Notes under the pieces: model-generated | What the model was told of the DNA's origin: nothing | The model's input: only the letters and a program-made list of their open reading frames with translations | The model's database searches: none | NCBI RefSeq assembly: GCF_000737315.1 | Contig: NZ_JMCB01000002.1 | Span: 20,001 to 268,000, forward strand | Reading direction: 5' to 3' | From: Hyalangium minutum | GTDB lineage: Bacteria > Myxococcota > Myxococcia > Myxococcales > Myxococcaceae | Length of the DNA: 248,000 nucleotides | In this document: in pieces, positions 173,785 through 186,725 of the stretch | Position numbering within the stretch: the stretch's first letter is position 1 | Layout of the letters: every line of letters starts with the position of its first letter | Position numbers and translations under genes: made by a program

Positions 173785-174978
173785 CTACTGCGCTTGCGCG
173801 CGGTAGCGGGCCATGCACCGCTGGAAGCGCTGATCCACCGAGCGCGCGAACCACGCCGTGGTGCGCTCCCGGCTCAGCTTGGGGCTGTGGAGGGTGACCT
173901 CGGGCAGCTGCGCGTACTCGGGACGCTTGCCCGTCACCTTCTGATAGCGGGCCTTCACCGCGCGCCACGTGTCCGTCTCCTCGAAGTCCCGTTGCTTCTC
174001 CTTCCGCGCATCGCGGCGCACCTGGCGCTCGCTCAGCTCGGGCGCGTGGCGAGCCCGGAAGGCCAACAGCGCCGCGAGGGTGCGGCTGTCCTCGTCCTTG
174101 GGCTCTCCCTCCTTGTCATAAAGGAGCAGGTCCCCATCCCGCGCTAGCGGCAGCCGCATCAGCTCGCTCACCTGAGCCTGCAGCGCCGCGTTGCGCGAGG
174201 AGTAGAGCCCCGAGTTGTAGTCCGCGAAGCGGTAGAGCGGCTGGCTGTAGCCGGCCTCGTACCCCAGCAGCCGCGCCGTGCCGTAGCGCACGCCCCCGGC
174301 GCGCGTGTAGAGCTCCTCACGAACCTCGGCTTCGGGCCGGTCCTCGTCGTTCTGCTCCCGCGCGAAGCGCACGCTCACCTGCATGGAGCCTGCGGTGGTG
174401 ATGGGGTTGAGCTCCTCCAGGCTCTGCGAATTCACCAGCTCGCTGGCGAGATCCGCCGCCGTGTACACCGCCGGGTACTGCTCCTCGTAGGCCTTCAGCA
174501 GCTCGCGGAAGAACCGATCCAGATCCGCCTCCGTCCGCACCGCCTTGAGGCGCGCTTCAAACGTCTGCGACTGGCCCGGGGCGCGGTGCTGCAGCAGCGC
174601 CTCCAGCGCCTTGCGCCCCACCACGCCCAGCTTCCCCGCGTAGACATCCAGCCGCTTGCGGACGATGCGCGGCAGCTCCTTCACCACCGGGTTGGCCTGG
174701 AAGCCGGACTCCTGCTCAATGACGGCGAGCACCTCGCACACGGGCTCGGCCCACGGGTGCACTCGCCGCGCCTCCAGCGCCACCACCACGTCCTGGGCCC
174801 ACCCCTCGCGCTCGGACACCTGCGGCGGCAGCAGCTTCGCCACCTGCGCCACGCTGAGCTTCGGCGGGAGCGGCGCAGGGGGTTCCGAGCCCCTCAGACC
174901 CCTCGTCCCGCAGCTCGCAAACACCAGCAGTGCGCCCACTGCAAGAAACACCCCCTTTGATACTGATGGAAATTTCAT
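173785..174978 (-). CDS. DUF1615 family lipoprotein
   Basis: VIEQESGFQANP; TAGSMQVS; FADYNSG. Confidence 0.85.
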   Translation of the reverse strand: MKFPSVSKGVFLAVGALLVFASCGTRGLRGSEPPAPLPPKLSVAQVAKLLPPQVSEREGWAQDVVVALEARRVHPWAEPVCEVLAVIEQESGFQANPVVKELPRIVRKRLDVYAGKLGVVGRKALEALLQHRAPGQSQTFEARLKAVRTEADLDRFFRELLKAYEEQYPAVYTAADLASELVNSQSLEELNPITTAGSMQVSVRFAREQNDEDRPEAEVREELYTRAGGVRYGTARLLGYEAGYSQPLYRFADYNSGLYSSRNAALQAQVSELMRLPLARDGDLLLYDKEGEPKDEDSRTLAALLAFRARHAPELSERQVRRDARKEKQRDFEETDTWRAVKARYQKVTGKRPEYAQLPEVTLHSPKLSRERTTAWFARSVDQRFQRCMARYRAQAQ

Positions 174979-175155
174979 TCTCCACTGTCCGGGTGGGCGG
175001 GTCGGAAAACACTCTGTTTCACGCCATGTTAGGGGAAAGGGTTTTCGACTCGCACTGCAGGCCCTTCTTCTAACACTCCGAGAGTGTTGAAGAATTCCGG
175101 AAAACCTAAACCGGTATACACAGTGAGAACCGACTAATACGTTATTTTTCTAATT

Positions 175156-177546
175156 GTGGCTCAAATTGTGAGAACGTACTTCCGAAAAAAAGAAGTTGCT
175201 CTGATGTTTACCCGCATGTCACGAATCCCGGGCTTTTCCCCCGAGGAGGTAGTCCGTTTGAGCAAGACACTTGTGAAGACGTTCTGTGCGGCGTGGCTGG
175301 GTCTCGCCTTCACCGCGTGTGACACCACTGAGCAGCAGCAGGTGGATGCCGATGACGTGATGACGCTGTCCGCCAAGGACGGCTCGGACATCCAGCAGGC
175401 CCTGGGCTCGCTGCCCAGCGCGACGGTGCTGGGTGTTCATGAGAAGGACGCTGTGCCCTTCATGATCAAGGGGCAGCTCGGTACCTCCAACGGGTCTGCG
175501 GTAGGCCTGGCGGTGGTGGACGCGAAGGCCGCGGTGCAGACGGCGCTGAGCCAGATCGCCCCGGTGTTCCGCCTGCGCGCCGATGACCTCGTGGTCAAGC
175601 GCGTCTCGCAGGACGAGATGGGCCACCAGCACATCCGCCTCGCCCAGACGAAGAACGGCCTGCCCGTCATCAACGGCGAGCTGATCCTCCACGTGGACAA
175701 GGCCGGCAACGTGTACGCCGCCAACGGCGATGCCCGTGACGACCAGGGCGCTGTCACCCAGCTGAAGCTGGTCAAGGCGAAGGTCAGCGCGGAGGCCGCC
175801 GCGGTCGCCGCGAGCGACTCCACCGAGGGCCTGAACAAGTCCGCCAAGGCCGAGCGTCTGGTCTACGTGCGCGACACCAACGAGAACCTGGTGCTGGCGC
175901 ACGAGGTTCGCGTGACCGGCGCGCGCCTGGACGGCATCCCCGTCGAGGACCTGGTGTACGTGAACGCCAACAACGGCACCGTCGCCCTGCGCGCGCCGAA
176001 GGTGTACACGGCCCTGAACCGCGCGGTGTACAGCGCCAACAACGGCACCTCGCTGCCGGGCACGCTCAAGCGCTCCGAGGGTGGTGCGGCCGCGAATGAC
176101 ACCCACGTGGACCAGAACTACACGCGGTTGGGCAAGACCTACGAGTGCTACTCGGTCAACTTCGGCCGCGACTCGTACAACGGCTCGGGCGCGCAGCTGA
176201 AGAGCACGGTGCACTACAGCTCCAACTACGTGAACGCCTACTGGAACAGCAGCCAGATGGTGTACGGCGACGGCAACGGCACGGACTCCACCATGCTGGG
176301 CCTGGACGCGGACGTCACCACGCACGAGCTGACGCACGCCGTGACGGAGTACGAGTCCAACCTCACCTACTCGGGCGAGTCCGGTGGTCTGAACGAGTCG
176401 ATGTCCGACATCTTCGGCGCCTACTGCGAGAGCTGGGAGGCTTCCACCACGAACGGCGGCACGTGGCCCACCACCGCGGACATCTGGATGGTCGGCGAGG
176501 ACATCTGGACCCCGGGCACTCCGAACGACGCGCTCCGCTACATGGATGACCCGGCCAAGGACGGGGCTTCCAAGGATCTGTGGACCAGCAGCGCCGGCAG
176601 CGTGGACGTGCACTACAGCTCCGGTATCTCCAACCTGGCCTTCGCCCTGCTCTCCAAGGGCGGTACGCACCCGCGCGGCAAGACGACTGTCAGCGTGACG
176701 GGCATCGGCGTGCAGAAGGCCGGCGCCATCTTCTACAAGGCGAACAAGGACCTGATGACGGCCTCGACGACCTTCAACCAGGCCAAGACGTACACGGAGC
176801 AGGCCGCCGACGCGCTGGGCTACACTGCGGAGAAGGCCTCCGTGACGGCCGCGTGGCAGGCTGTGGGCGTGGGCGGTGGCACGACGCCTCCTCCGAGCTG
176901 CACCAGCACCATCGTGCTGAGCAACGGCGTGGCGGCGACCAACGTCGGTGCGACTGCGGGCAATTTCTCCTGCACCTACACGCTGACTGTGCCCTCGGGC
177001 CAGACCAGCCTGTCGTTCGCCCTCAGCGGCGGCACGGGTGACGGCGACATGTACGTGAAGTTCGGCACCGCGCCGACGACCAGCGTCTACGACTGCCGTC
177101 CGTACACCTCTGGCAACGCCGAGACGTGCAACTTCACCAACCCGGCGGCGGGCACCTGGTACGTGAAGGTGAATGCGTACAGCGACTTCTCGGGCGCCAG
177201 CCTGAAGGGCACCTACTCCGGCGGCACGACGCCTCCGGGCGACACGCTGACCAACGGCGTGGCCACGGCGGCCTACTCCGGCGCGGCGAGCTCGCAGACC
177301 TGCTGGACGCTGACCGTCCCCGCGGGCAAGTCGGTGGTCTTCGCCCAGGCGGGCGGCACGGGTGATGCGGACCTGTACGTGCGCAAGGGCTCGGCTCCGA
177401 CGACCACCACCTACGACTGCCGCCCGTACCTGAGCGGCAACAACGAGTCGTGCTCGTTCGCCGCGGGCACCGCGAGCGTCCAGTACTACGCCTGCTCGCG
177501 CGGCTACAGCGCGTACACCGGCGTGACGATGAAGGGCACCTACTAG
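175156..177546 (+). CDS. M4 thermolysin-like metallopeptidase with two PPC domains (start likely downstream)
   Basis: NAYW; HELTH; GLNESMSD; GDGDMYVKFG. Confidence 0.93.
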   Translation: MAQIVRTYFRKKEVALMFTRMSRIPGFSPEEVVRLSKTLVKTFCAAWLGLAFTACDTTEQQQVDADDVMTLSAKDGSDIQQALGSLPSATVLGVHEKDAVPFMIKGQLGTSNGSAVGLAVVDAKAAVQTALSQIAPVFRLRADDLVVKRVSQDEMGHQHIRLAQTKNGLPVINGELILHVDKAGNVYAANGDARDDQGAVTQLKLVKAKVSAEAAAVAASDSTEGLNKSAKAERLVYVRDTNENLVLAHEVRVTGARLDGIPVEDLVYVNANNGTVALRAPKVYTALNRAVYSANNGTSLPGTLKRSEGGAAANDTHVDQNYTRLGKTYECYSVNFGRDSYNGSGAQLKSTVHYSSNYVNAYWNSSQMVYGDGNGTDSTMLGLDADVTTHELTHAVTEYESNLTYSGESGGLNESMSDIFGAYCESWEASTTNGGTWPTTADIWMVGEDIWTPGTPNDALRYMDDPAKDGASKDLWTSSAGSVDVHYSSGISNLAFALLSKGGTHPRGKTTVSVTGIGVQKAGAIFYKANKDLMTASTTFNQAKTYTEQAADALGYTAEKASVTAAWQAVGVGGGTTPPPSCTSTIVLSNGVAATNVGATAGNFSCTYTLTVPSGQTSLSFALSGGTGDGDMYVKFGTAPTTSVYDCRPYTSGNAETCNFTNPAAGTWYVKVNAYSDFSGASLKGTYSGGTTPPGDTLTNGVATAAYSGAASSQTCWTLTVPAGKSVVFAQAGGTGDADLYVRKGSAPTTTTYDCRPYLSGNNESCSFAAGTASVQYYACSRGYSAYTGVTMKGTY

Positions 177547-177571
177547 TCCCTCACCGTTGAGTTGAAATGAC

Positions 177572-177610
177572 ACGCCCGGGGGCCTCGTGCTCCCGGGCGT
177601 TGTCTTTTTT
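177572..177610 (+). terminator. Rho-independent terminator
   Basis: acgcccggg/cccgggcgt plus T tract. Confidence 0.75.
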
Positions 177611-177617
177611 CAGGCCC

Positions 177618-178355
177618 TCAGCGGCGCACTTCGATGTCGCGCGCGATGCTGTCGTCTCCGACGAGATCAAAGGAGGCGCGCACCGAGGTGCCCTCCTCGA
177701 GCTGACGCAGCGGCACGCTCTGGCCCGCGCGCACCCCGCGGCTGCGCTTGTCGATGCGCAGCTCGTACACGTTGCCCTCGGTGTCCTTCAGGTGGAGCGT
177801 GCTCTTGCCCACGCGGGTGACGCGGCCGTCCACCGTGCCGGTGGCGATGACCACCCGGTCCAGCGGCACCGAGTCGTTCTGCCCGAACGCGCGCGCTGCC
177901 TTGGCCGCGCCCTCGTACCAGGACTCATCCTCACGCGCCTGGACGGCCTCGAAGCCGATCATCACCCGGCCCTCGGGCGCCGCCTGCGCGGTTCCGGACG
178001 GGGCGCCCGTCGAGCTTGCCGTGCTGGGCGCTGGAGAGGCCGTGGCCGTTGCCGGAGCGGTTGTGGCTGGAGCGGCGGTGTTCGTCCGGGCGCTCGTGCC
178101 GGTGCGGGCCTCGGCCTGGACCGGACCGGGAGCGGCCCCCGGGATGACGCCTGGAGCCGTGGCCTGCGGGGCCTCGGTGCCTACCGTGGGCGCCGGGCTG
178201 ATTCGCTCGGGTGAAGCGCCCTCGCTTGGCCGCGTGGGGGCAGGAGCCCTTGCGGCGACCGGTGCTGTCTGCTCATGGCGCTCGCGCTCCCGGCATCCCG
178301 ACAGCAGTGCGCACGCCCCCATGACTCCCATCCACGCCCAACGACGCCCCATCAT
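177618..178355 (-). CDS. Lipoprotein, Pro/Ala-rich
   Basis: Lipobox LSGC. Confidence 0.55.
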   Translation of the reverse strand: MMGRRWAWMGVMGACALLSGCRERERHEQTAPVAARAPAPTRPSEGASPERISPAPTVGTEAPQATAPGVIPGAAPGPVQAEARTGTSARTNTAAPATTAPATATASPAPSTASSTGAPSGTAQAAPEGRVMIGFEAVQAREDESWYEGAAKAARAFGQNDSVPLDRVVIATGTVDGRVTRVGKSTLHLKDTEGNVYELRIDKRSRGVRAGQSVPLRQLEEGTSVRASFDLVGDDSIARDIEVRR

Positions 178356-178599
178356 TGGCCTCCCCGATGTGGGAAAACAGGTTCCGTCCTGCTCCCACTG
178401 CAAACGGTGCGCCCGGGCCGGGTTCCCAGGGCGAGAGGCGGGGACTTTCAGCAGGAGACACTGCGAGGCGGCGAAGTCAGGTGGGCAGGCTGCGAGGGAA
178501 GGAGGAGGACGCGTGACGTCGGGAAGCCAGGGGGAGGAGTTTCCCACCGCTCGTGGCGAAGGTATTTCCCTCGGGGCGTGAGGAAGTGGACACCCGCCG

Positions 178600-179409
178600 T
178601 CAGTCCATGAGCGCGCGAGCCACCGCCCGGATGTGGATGCGCACCCGCTCGCGGGCGGCGGTGAGCACGGAGGCGTCCGCCGGGTCGTACCCGAGGCACA
178701 GCACCACATCGTCCTCGGGCGCGGCCCTGACGCCCAGCTTCGCGTAGTTGATCATCCGGGAGACGGGCTCTCCCACGGTGTCCGGGGTGAAGCGGCCGAA
178801 GATGGGCGCGTAGGGGCTGCGGTCCGCTGCGGTCTCCTTCAGCGCGAAGAGTCGGCGCACGGCCTCCAGCGCCGCGGGCCGGGCCATCATCGTCTCGGGC
178901 CGGGCCGGGCCTCCCAGCTCGCGCTCGATGAGGCGCAGGCAGCCCCGAACGAACTCCACGTCGGTGATGACGAGGCCGTAGAGGTACCAGTCCGGGCACG
179001 CCGCCTGGACGAGCCGCGCCTGGGCATCCTCGAGCCAGCCGAACGAGGGGCAGGTGAACGTCTCGCAGATGGAGGCGCGGTAGACGCCGCAGTCGCGCAG
179101 ATCTACCCCGCCGGTGACCTTAGGGTGGCCCAGGCAGCCCACCTGGCGCTGCTCGGCATCGATGAAACCCAGCAGGGGGCAGACGCGGACGGCGGGGAAC
179201 AAGGGAGGCTCGTTGCGAGACTCCACGAACTCCTTGGCCGCCGCACGCCAGGCCTCCATCTCCTTGGGTACGTCCCTCAGCTGGGCCGTCTGCTCGGCAA
179301 GCCGCTGGGTGAGCGCCGCGCGCGAGTGGTCCCGGAAGTTGTACAGCCCGCAGCAGGCGCCGCAGGAGGCGCCTCGGCCGGGTTGGCACAGGTGAAAGGA
179401 GACAGTCAC
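178600..179409 (-). CDS. Cys-rich protein, possible Fe-S binding
   Basis: CGACCG; CPLLG; CGVY..ICETFTC. Confidence 0.6.
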   Translation of the reverse strand: MTVSFHLCQPGRGASCGACCGLYNFRDHSRAALTQRLAEQTAQLRDVPKEMEAWRAAAKEFVESRNEPPLFPAVRVCPLLGFIDAEQRQVGCLGHPKVTGGVDLRDCGVYRASICETFTCPSFGWLEDAQARLVQAACPDWYLYGLVITDVEFVRGCLRLIERELGGPARPETMMARPAALEAVRRLFALKETAADRSPYAPIFGRFTPDTVGEPVSRMINYAKLGVRAAPEDDVVLCLGYDPADASVLTAARERVRIHIRAVARALMD

Positions 179410-179430
179410 AGCTCTTCCTCTATCAACAAC

Positions 179431-181235
<1,805 letters not shown>

Positions 181236-181236
<1 letters not shown>

Positions 181237-181520
181237 TAGCGTTCGACCTGCACGCCCTTCCAGAAGGCCACGTAGCCGCGGATGTTGCGAGCCGCGTCCT
181301 TGGGCTCGGGGTAGTACCAGGCGGCGTCCTTGTTGACTTGTCCGTCCACCACCACGTCGTAGTAGCTGGCCTCGCCCTTCCAGGCGCAGGTGGTATGCGT
181401 GCTGCTCGGCTGGAAGCGCTCGCGCTTGAGCGCCTCGGGAGGGAAGTAGACGTTGCCCTCCACAACTTCATACCGGTCGCTCTCGGCGAGCACGGCGTTC
181501 TTCCAGATAGCCTTGGCCAT
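181236..181520 (-). CDS. DUF427 protein
   Basis: VEGNVYFP; [10 protein letters not shown]; AAWYYP. Confidence 0.92.
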
Positions 181521-181745
181521 GGGTCACCTCCGGAGACAGTTCTGCTCCAGTGGCCCGAGGAGTGCCAGGAGAACCTACCTGCTTGCCAAGCTGGGAGGGA
181601 CTCGCACGGACAGTGCGGGTAGCTGGCGCCTGGTGGGATGCTCGCCCAGGGGGCACTAGGACTTGCGGTCAATTGTCGGGTGGCGGAAAGGGTGTCCTCA
181701 GTTGAAAGGGTCCAGGGCAGCCTGACTGTTAGCGTCTGGCGCCTG

Positions 181746-184343
181746 ATGGACATCCCCCCGTTGCCAGACACCGCGAGCACCCCCGGTTTTGAGGGCCAGG
181801 GGCCGGCGGGCGGCCTCATGAGCGACGCCTTCCGGCTGCTGGCGGAGAGCATTCCCCAGCTCGTGTGGACCACCCGCCCAGATGGTTTCCACGACTACTA
181901 CAACCAGCGCTGGTACGAGTACACGGGGACCACTTCCACGCAGTCGCAGGGCGAGGGGTGGCAGGGGCCCTTCCACCCGGACGACATGCCGGAGGCGCTG
182001 CGGCGGTGGCACCACTCGCTGCGCACGGGTGAGCCCTATGAGACGGAGTACCGCTGCCGCCGCCATGACGGCGTCTACCGCTGGTTCCTGGGCCGGGCCC
182101 AGCCTCTGCGGGATGCGCAGGGGAACATCATCAAATGGTTCGGTACCTGCACGGACATTGACGACCAGAAGCGCGCCGCGGACTCCATGATCTTCCTGGC
182201 CGAGGCGGGGTCGCTGCTGGCCTCCTCTTCGCTGGACTATGAGGCCACGCTCGAGGCCCTCACCCGGCTGGTGGTGCCGCGCTTGGCGGACTGGTGTGGC
182301 GTCGAGATCGTCAACGCGGATGCCTCCACGCGGCAGGTAGGGGTGGCCCACGTGGATCCGGCCAAGGTGCGCTACGCCAAGGAACTGCGCCAGCGCTACC
182401 CGCCGCGCCCGGAAGATGCGCACGGCGTGCTCGAGGTCATCCGCACCGGCAAGGGCGAGTTTCTCCCAGACATCCCGGACGAACTGCTGGTGGCGGGGGC
182501 ACGGGACGCCGAGCACCTGCGCATCGCACGGGAGCTGGGGCTGCGCTCGGCCATGGTCGTACCGCTCACGGCCCGCGGGCGCACGCTGGGGGCGCTCTCG
182601 ATGGTGAATGCCGAGTCTCGCCGGCGCTTCACCCGCGAGGACTTCACATTGGCCGAGCAACTGGCCACTCGGGCCGCCCTGGCGGTGGACACCGCGAGGC
182701 TGTACCGCGATGCGCTGCACGCGGAGGAGCGCTTTCGCTCCCTCGTCACCGCCACGGCCCAGGCTGTGTGGGTGACGAGCCCAGAGGGAGTGGTGCAGGA
182801 GGACTCGCCCTCCTGGCGAGCCTTCACCGGCCAGAGCTACGAGGAGTGGAATGGCTTGGGCTGGCTCGACGCGGTCCACCCAGAGGATCGCGAGAAGGCG
182901 GCGCGCGCGTGGCGAGAGGCGGTGGAGCGGCAAGGGGCCTACGAGGTGGAGTACCGGCTGCGCCGTCCGGATGGGAGCTACAGCATCACAGGGGCGCGCG
183001 CGGTGCCTGTCCGGAACGAGAACGGGAGCGTGCGCGAGTGGGTGGGCATCACCACGGACCTGACCGCGCAGCGCGAGGCGGAGGCAGCGGCCCGCAGCCT
183101 TCAGGCCGAGCAAAGTGCCCGGCGCCACGAGGCGCTGCGCGCGGACGTGAGCGAGGCCCTCGCAGGGCAGGGAAGCAAGGCACAGCTCCTCCAGGCGGCC
183201 TGTGAGGCGGTGGTGAGGCACCTGGATGTCGCGCTGGCGCGTGTGTGGCTGTTGGAGCGGGACGCCCCGGAACTGCGGCTGGTAGCCAGCGCGGGGCGCT
183301 CCACGGACCTGGAGGGGGAGCATGCGCGCATCCCCTTGGGGGAGCATCGGCTCGGGCGCATTGCCCACGAGCGCAGGCCGCACATGACGAACGACCTGTG
183401 GCGTGAACCGGAGGCTGCGGATCGGGACTGGGCGCTCCGGGAGGGGTTGCGGTCGCTGGCAGGCTATCCCGTGGTGCTGGCTGAGCAGCTCGTGGGGGTG
183501 TTCGCGGTATTTGGCACCGAGCCCATCTCCCGCGAGGTGGCGGACACGCTCGCCGCGGTGGTGGAGATCATCAACCAGGGGGTGGAGCGCCGCAGGGCCG
183601 AGAGGGACTTGCGCCGGCATGCCGAGGAACTGTCGCGCTCCAATGAGGAGCTGCAGCAATTTGCCTACGTGGCCTCGCATGACCTGCAGGAGCCGCTGCG
183701 GATGGTGGCCAGCTACACGCAACTGCTGGCGCGGCGCTACCGGGGAAAGCTGGACGCGGACGCAGACGAGTTCATTGGCTACGCGGTGGACGGGGTGAAC
183801 CGGATGCAGCGGCTCATCCAGGACCTGCTCGCCTACTCGCGTGTGGGGACGCGAGGGCGGGAGTTCAAGCCATGCGCCGTCGGGCCGGTGGTGCAGCGGG
183901 CGGTGGAGAACCTGCGGAAGGTGATGGAGGAGGTGGGTGGGGAGGTGAGGGTCGGCGAGCTGCCAGCCGTGCTGGGGGACGAGACGCAGCTCATCCAGCT
184001 GTTCCAGAACCTGGTGGCGAACGCACTGAAGTTCCATGGCAAGGCGCCACCGCGGGTGGAGGTGGCGGCGGAGGCGCACGGGCGCGATGGGTGGCGCTTC
184101 ACGGTGAAGGACAACGGGCTGGGGATCGACGCGCAGTACTTCGAGCGCATCTTCATCATCTTCCAGCGGTTGCACGGGCGGGAGGAGTACCCGGGCACGG
184201 GGATTGGGCTGGCGATCTGCAAGAAGATCGTCGAGCGTCACGGAGGACGGATTGGCGTGGAATCTCGGCCGGGTGAGGGCTCCACGTTCTGGTTCACATT
184301 GCCAGCGGTACCTACCGAGGCCTCGGCCTCCAAGGCTTCATAG
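181746..184343 (+). CDS. PAS/GAF histidine kinase (phytochrome-type transmitter)
   Basis: [12 protein letters not shown]; YPGTGIGL. Confidence 0.92.
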   Translation: MDIPPLPDTASTPGFEGQGPAGGLMSDAFRLLAESIPQLVWTTRPDGFHDYYNQRWYEYTGTTSTQSQGEGWQGPFHPDDMPEALRRWHHSLRTGEPYETEYRCRRHDGVYRWFLGRAQPLRDAQGNIIKWFGTCTDIDDQKRAADSMIFLAEAGSLLASSSLDYEATLEALTRLVVPRLADWCGVEIVNADASTRQVGVAHVDPAKVRYAKELRQRYPPRPEDAHGVLEVIRTGKGEFLPDIPDELLVAGARDAEHLRIARELGLRSAMVVPLTARGRTLGALSMVNAESRRRFTREDFTLAEQLATRAALAVDTARLYRDALHAEERFRSLVTATAQAVWVTSPEGVVQEDSPSWRAFTGQSYEEWNGLGWLDAVHPEDREKAARAWREAVERQGAYEVEYRLRRPDGSYSITGARAVPVRNENGSVREWVGITTDLTAQREAEAAARSLQAEQSARRHEALRADVSEALAGQGSKAQLLQAACEAVVRHLDVALARVWLLERDAPELRLVASAGRSTDLEGEHARIPLGEHRLGRIAHERRPHMTNDLWREPEAADRDWALREGLRSLAGYPVVLAEQLVGVFAVFGTEPISREVADTLAAVVEIINQGVERRRAERDLRRHAEELSRSNEELQQFAYVASHDLQEPLRMVASYTQLLARRYRGKLDADADEFIGYAVDGVNRMQRLIQDLLAYSRVGTRGREFKPCAVGPVVQRAVENLRKVMEEVGGEVRVGELPAVLGDETQLIQLFQNLVANALKFHGKAPPRVEVAAEAHGRDGWRFTVKDNGLGIDAQYFERIFIIFQRLHGREEYPGTGIGLAICKKIVERHGGRIGVESRPGEGSTFWFTLPAVPTEASASKAS

Positions 184344-184345
184344 GC

Positions 184346-184795
184346 ATGAACTTCGAAGAGCACGGCAGGCCGGTGGAGATCCTCCTGGTTGAGGACAATC
184401 CGGGCGATGTCCGGTTGACCATCGAAGCCCTCAAGGAGGGCAAGGTGCGCAATAACCTCTCGGTGGTGAAGGATGGGGTGGAGGCGCTGGCCTTCCTGCG
184501 CCGCGAGGGGACCTTTGCGGGAGCAACCCGTCCGGACCTGATTCTGTTGGACCTGAACCTGCCGAAGAAGGACGGGCGGGAAGTGCTGGCGGAGATCAAG
184601 GACGATGGGACGCTGCGGCGCATCCCCGTGGTGGTTCTGACGACGTCGAAGGCGGAGGAGGACATCCTTCGGACGTACGATCTGCACGCCAATTGCTACA
184701 TCACCAAGCCGGTGGACCTGGAGCAGTTCATCTCGGTGGTCCGGTCAATCGACGATTTCTGGCTGTCGGTGGTCCGGCTGCCTCCGAAGGCGTGA
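184346..184795 (+). CDS. Response regulator (Rcp1-like)
   Basis: VEDNPGD; ANCYITKP. Confidence 0.92.
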   Translation: MNFEEHGRPVEILLVEDNPGDVRLTIEALKEGKVRNNLSVVKDGVEALAFLRREGTFAGATRPDLILLDLNLPKKDGREVLAEIKDDGTLRRIPVVVLTTSKAEEDILRTYDLHANCYITKPVDLEQFISVVRSIDDFWLSVVRLPPKA

Positions 184796-184799
184796 GCGC

Positions 184800-185930
184800 A
184801 TGGCTCTTGTGGAACAGGTTCTGAGACTGTTGCTGGTGGAGGACAACCCGGCGGACGCGCGGCTCATTCAGGAGGAACTGCGCGAGGTGCCCTCGGTGCG
184901 CTTCGAGGTGTTGCACGTGATGCGCCTCTCTCAAGCGGAGCGGGTGGTGCGCGAGGCGAAGCTGGACGCGGTGCTGTTGGACCTGTCGCTGCCGGACGGG
185001 CACGGGCTGGGCAACATCTCGCGGTTGCTCCAGGAGGCGCCGGCGGTGCCCCTGGTGGTGCTGACGGGCACGGACGACGAGCAGCTCGCGGTGCAGGCGG
185101 TGCACCAGGGCGCGCAGGACTACCTGGTGAAGGGGCAGGTGACGGGCCCTCTGTTGGTGCGGGCGCTGCGCTACGCGATCGAGCGCAAGCGGGCCGAGGA
185201 GGGGCTCAAGCGCGAGGAGGCACAAAAGCAGACGGCGATCTTCCGTGAGCAGTTCCTGGCCGTCCTCGGGCACGACCTGCGCAATCCGCTGAATGCCATC
185301 TCCGGCAACGCGGGCCTGCTGCTGCGCTACGGAGGGCTGACGGAGCCCCAGCGCAAGGCGGTCAACCGCATCTCCATCTCGTCGGACCGGATGGCGCGGA
185401 TGATCAACGACCTGCTGGACTTCACGCGGGCACGGCTCGGCGGCGGCTATCCGGTGAGCCGGGCGCGGATGAACGTGCACGACGTGCTCCGGCAGGTGGT
185501 GGAGGAACTGGAGGTCGCGCATCCGCAGCGTCGCTTCGAGCTGAGCCTCAGCGGGAACGGCTGGGGAGACTGGGACGCGGACCGGATCGCCCAGGCGGCG
185601 TCGAACTTGGTGGGCAATGCGGTGCAGTACTCGCCCGAGGACACGGTGGTGTCGGTGTCCGCGCACGACGAGGGAGAAGGGATCTGCGTGCAGGTGCACA
185701 ACTTGGGCCTGCCCATCCCCGCGGAGCGGCTGCCCCACATCTTCGATCCGTTCGTGCGAGGCGTCGAAGGCACACGCAACGCGGCGCGCCCGGGGCTGGG
185801 GCTGGGGCTCTACATCACCCACGAGATCGCGCGCGCCCACGGGGGCACGCTGCGGGTGACGTCTACTGAGGCGGATGGCACCCGCTTCTGGATGAACCTG
185901 CCGCGCCATTCGACGATTGCGCCCTTGTAG
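184800..185930 (+). CDS. Hybrid REC histidine kinase
   Basis: REC; GHDLRNPL. Confidence 0.9.
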   Translation: MALVEQVLRLLLVEDNPADARLIQEELREVPSVRFEVLHVMRLSQAERVVREAKLDAVLLDLSLPDGHGLGNISRLLQEAPAVPLVVLTGTDDEQLAVQAVHQGAQDYLVKGQVTGPLLVRALRYAIERKRAEEGLKREEAQKQTAIFREQFLAVLGHDLRNPLNAISGNAGLLLRYGGLTEPQRKAVNRISISSDRMARMINDLLDFTRARLGGGYPVSRARMNVHDVLRQVVEELEVAHPQRRFELSLSGNGWGDWDADRIAQAASNLVGNAVQYSPEDTVVSVSAHDEGEGICVQVHNLGLPIPAERLPHIFDPFVRGVEGTRNAARPGLGLGLYITHEIARAHGGTLRVTSTEADGTRFWMNLPRHSTIAPL

Positions 185931-186019
185931 GCATGAGCCTGCTGATTCTTGCTGCAGACAGCCGCTGTATTGGTACGCCGCTCTCTGTCATAGGCAAGTG
186001 GTAGACAGCCTGCGCCACT

Positions 186020-186706
186020 TCAGGTTGGCTGAGACAGTACACGTACGCGGCGACATTCACCGCAGACGAAAAAATAGAAAGCCACCTCTCCAGCGAAAAG
186101 CGGCTGATCGTCACCGAGGAGGCCAGACTTCCCTTCCATTCCCTCGTAGCCGAGACTAGCTGCGTAAGAAAGGTTTCTACCGCATGTGCAAATCGGCGAT
186201 ACAGGGGTTCCTACCCAGAGCGGAGATCCTGCAATCCTGAGAAATCCTTCGCCGCCTAAGAACTCATCACATGCGGACCAATAGCGATCCTCAGTCTCAG
186301 GGATCTCTTGCTCTTTCATCGGCCTGAGTTCGATCGGTCGTTCAGGCAAGGGGTCTGGAAGACGGTCTTCAATAGGGAGCAACTCGTCAACTGAACAATC
186401 CCCCTGAGCCCAATGGATCCGCCTTGATCGACTGTCGAACACATATTCTTGTACTGGCAGGTGTGAAGCGCAGTTCAAGAAAGTTATCAACGGCAGATGC
186501 GCAGTGTCTCTTGGAATGAAAGGGAAAAGGTAGGGCGCTCTCTTTAGATCGAGGGTGAGGAGTATAGAAGGCCGCGCCGGCCCAGAGAACGCCCCCTCAA
186601 TTGCCCAGGATTGTCCGCCAAAACAATGCGCAGAATCTTTTGAGCCAAGGACACCGATCCAACCGGGAATGGCTAGGGGCGGCCCCCATTTGAGAGAAAA
186701 GTTCAT
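186020..186706 (-). CDS. Putative Rhs immunity protein (low GC)
   Basis: Directly downstream of the Rhs toxin tip; CTCG and CGEC motifs. Confidence 0.55.
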   Translation of the reverse strand: MNFSLKWGPPLAIPGWIGVLGSKDSAHCFGGQSWAIEGAFSGPARPSILLTLDLKRAPYLFPFIPRDTAHLPLITFLNCASHLPVQEYVFDSRSRRIHWAQGDCSVDELLPIEDRLPDPLPERPIELRPMKEQEIPETEDRYWSACDEFLGGEGFLRIAGSPLWVGTPVSPICTCGRNLSYAASLGYEGMEGKSGLLGDDQPLFAGEVAFYFFVCGECRRVRVLSQPT

Positions 186707-186725
186707 ATCATTATCCCCGTGCACT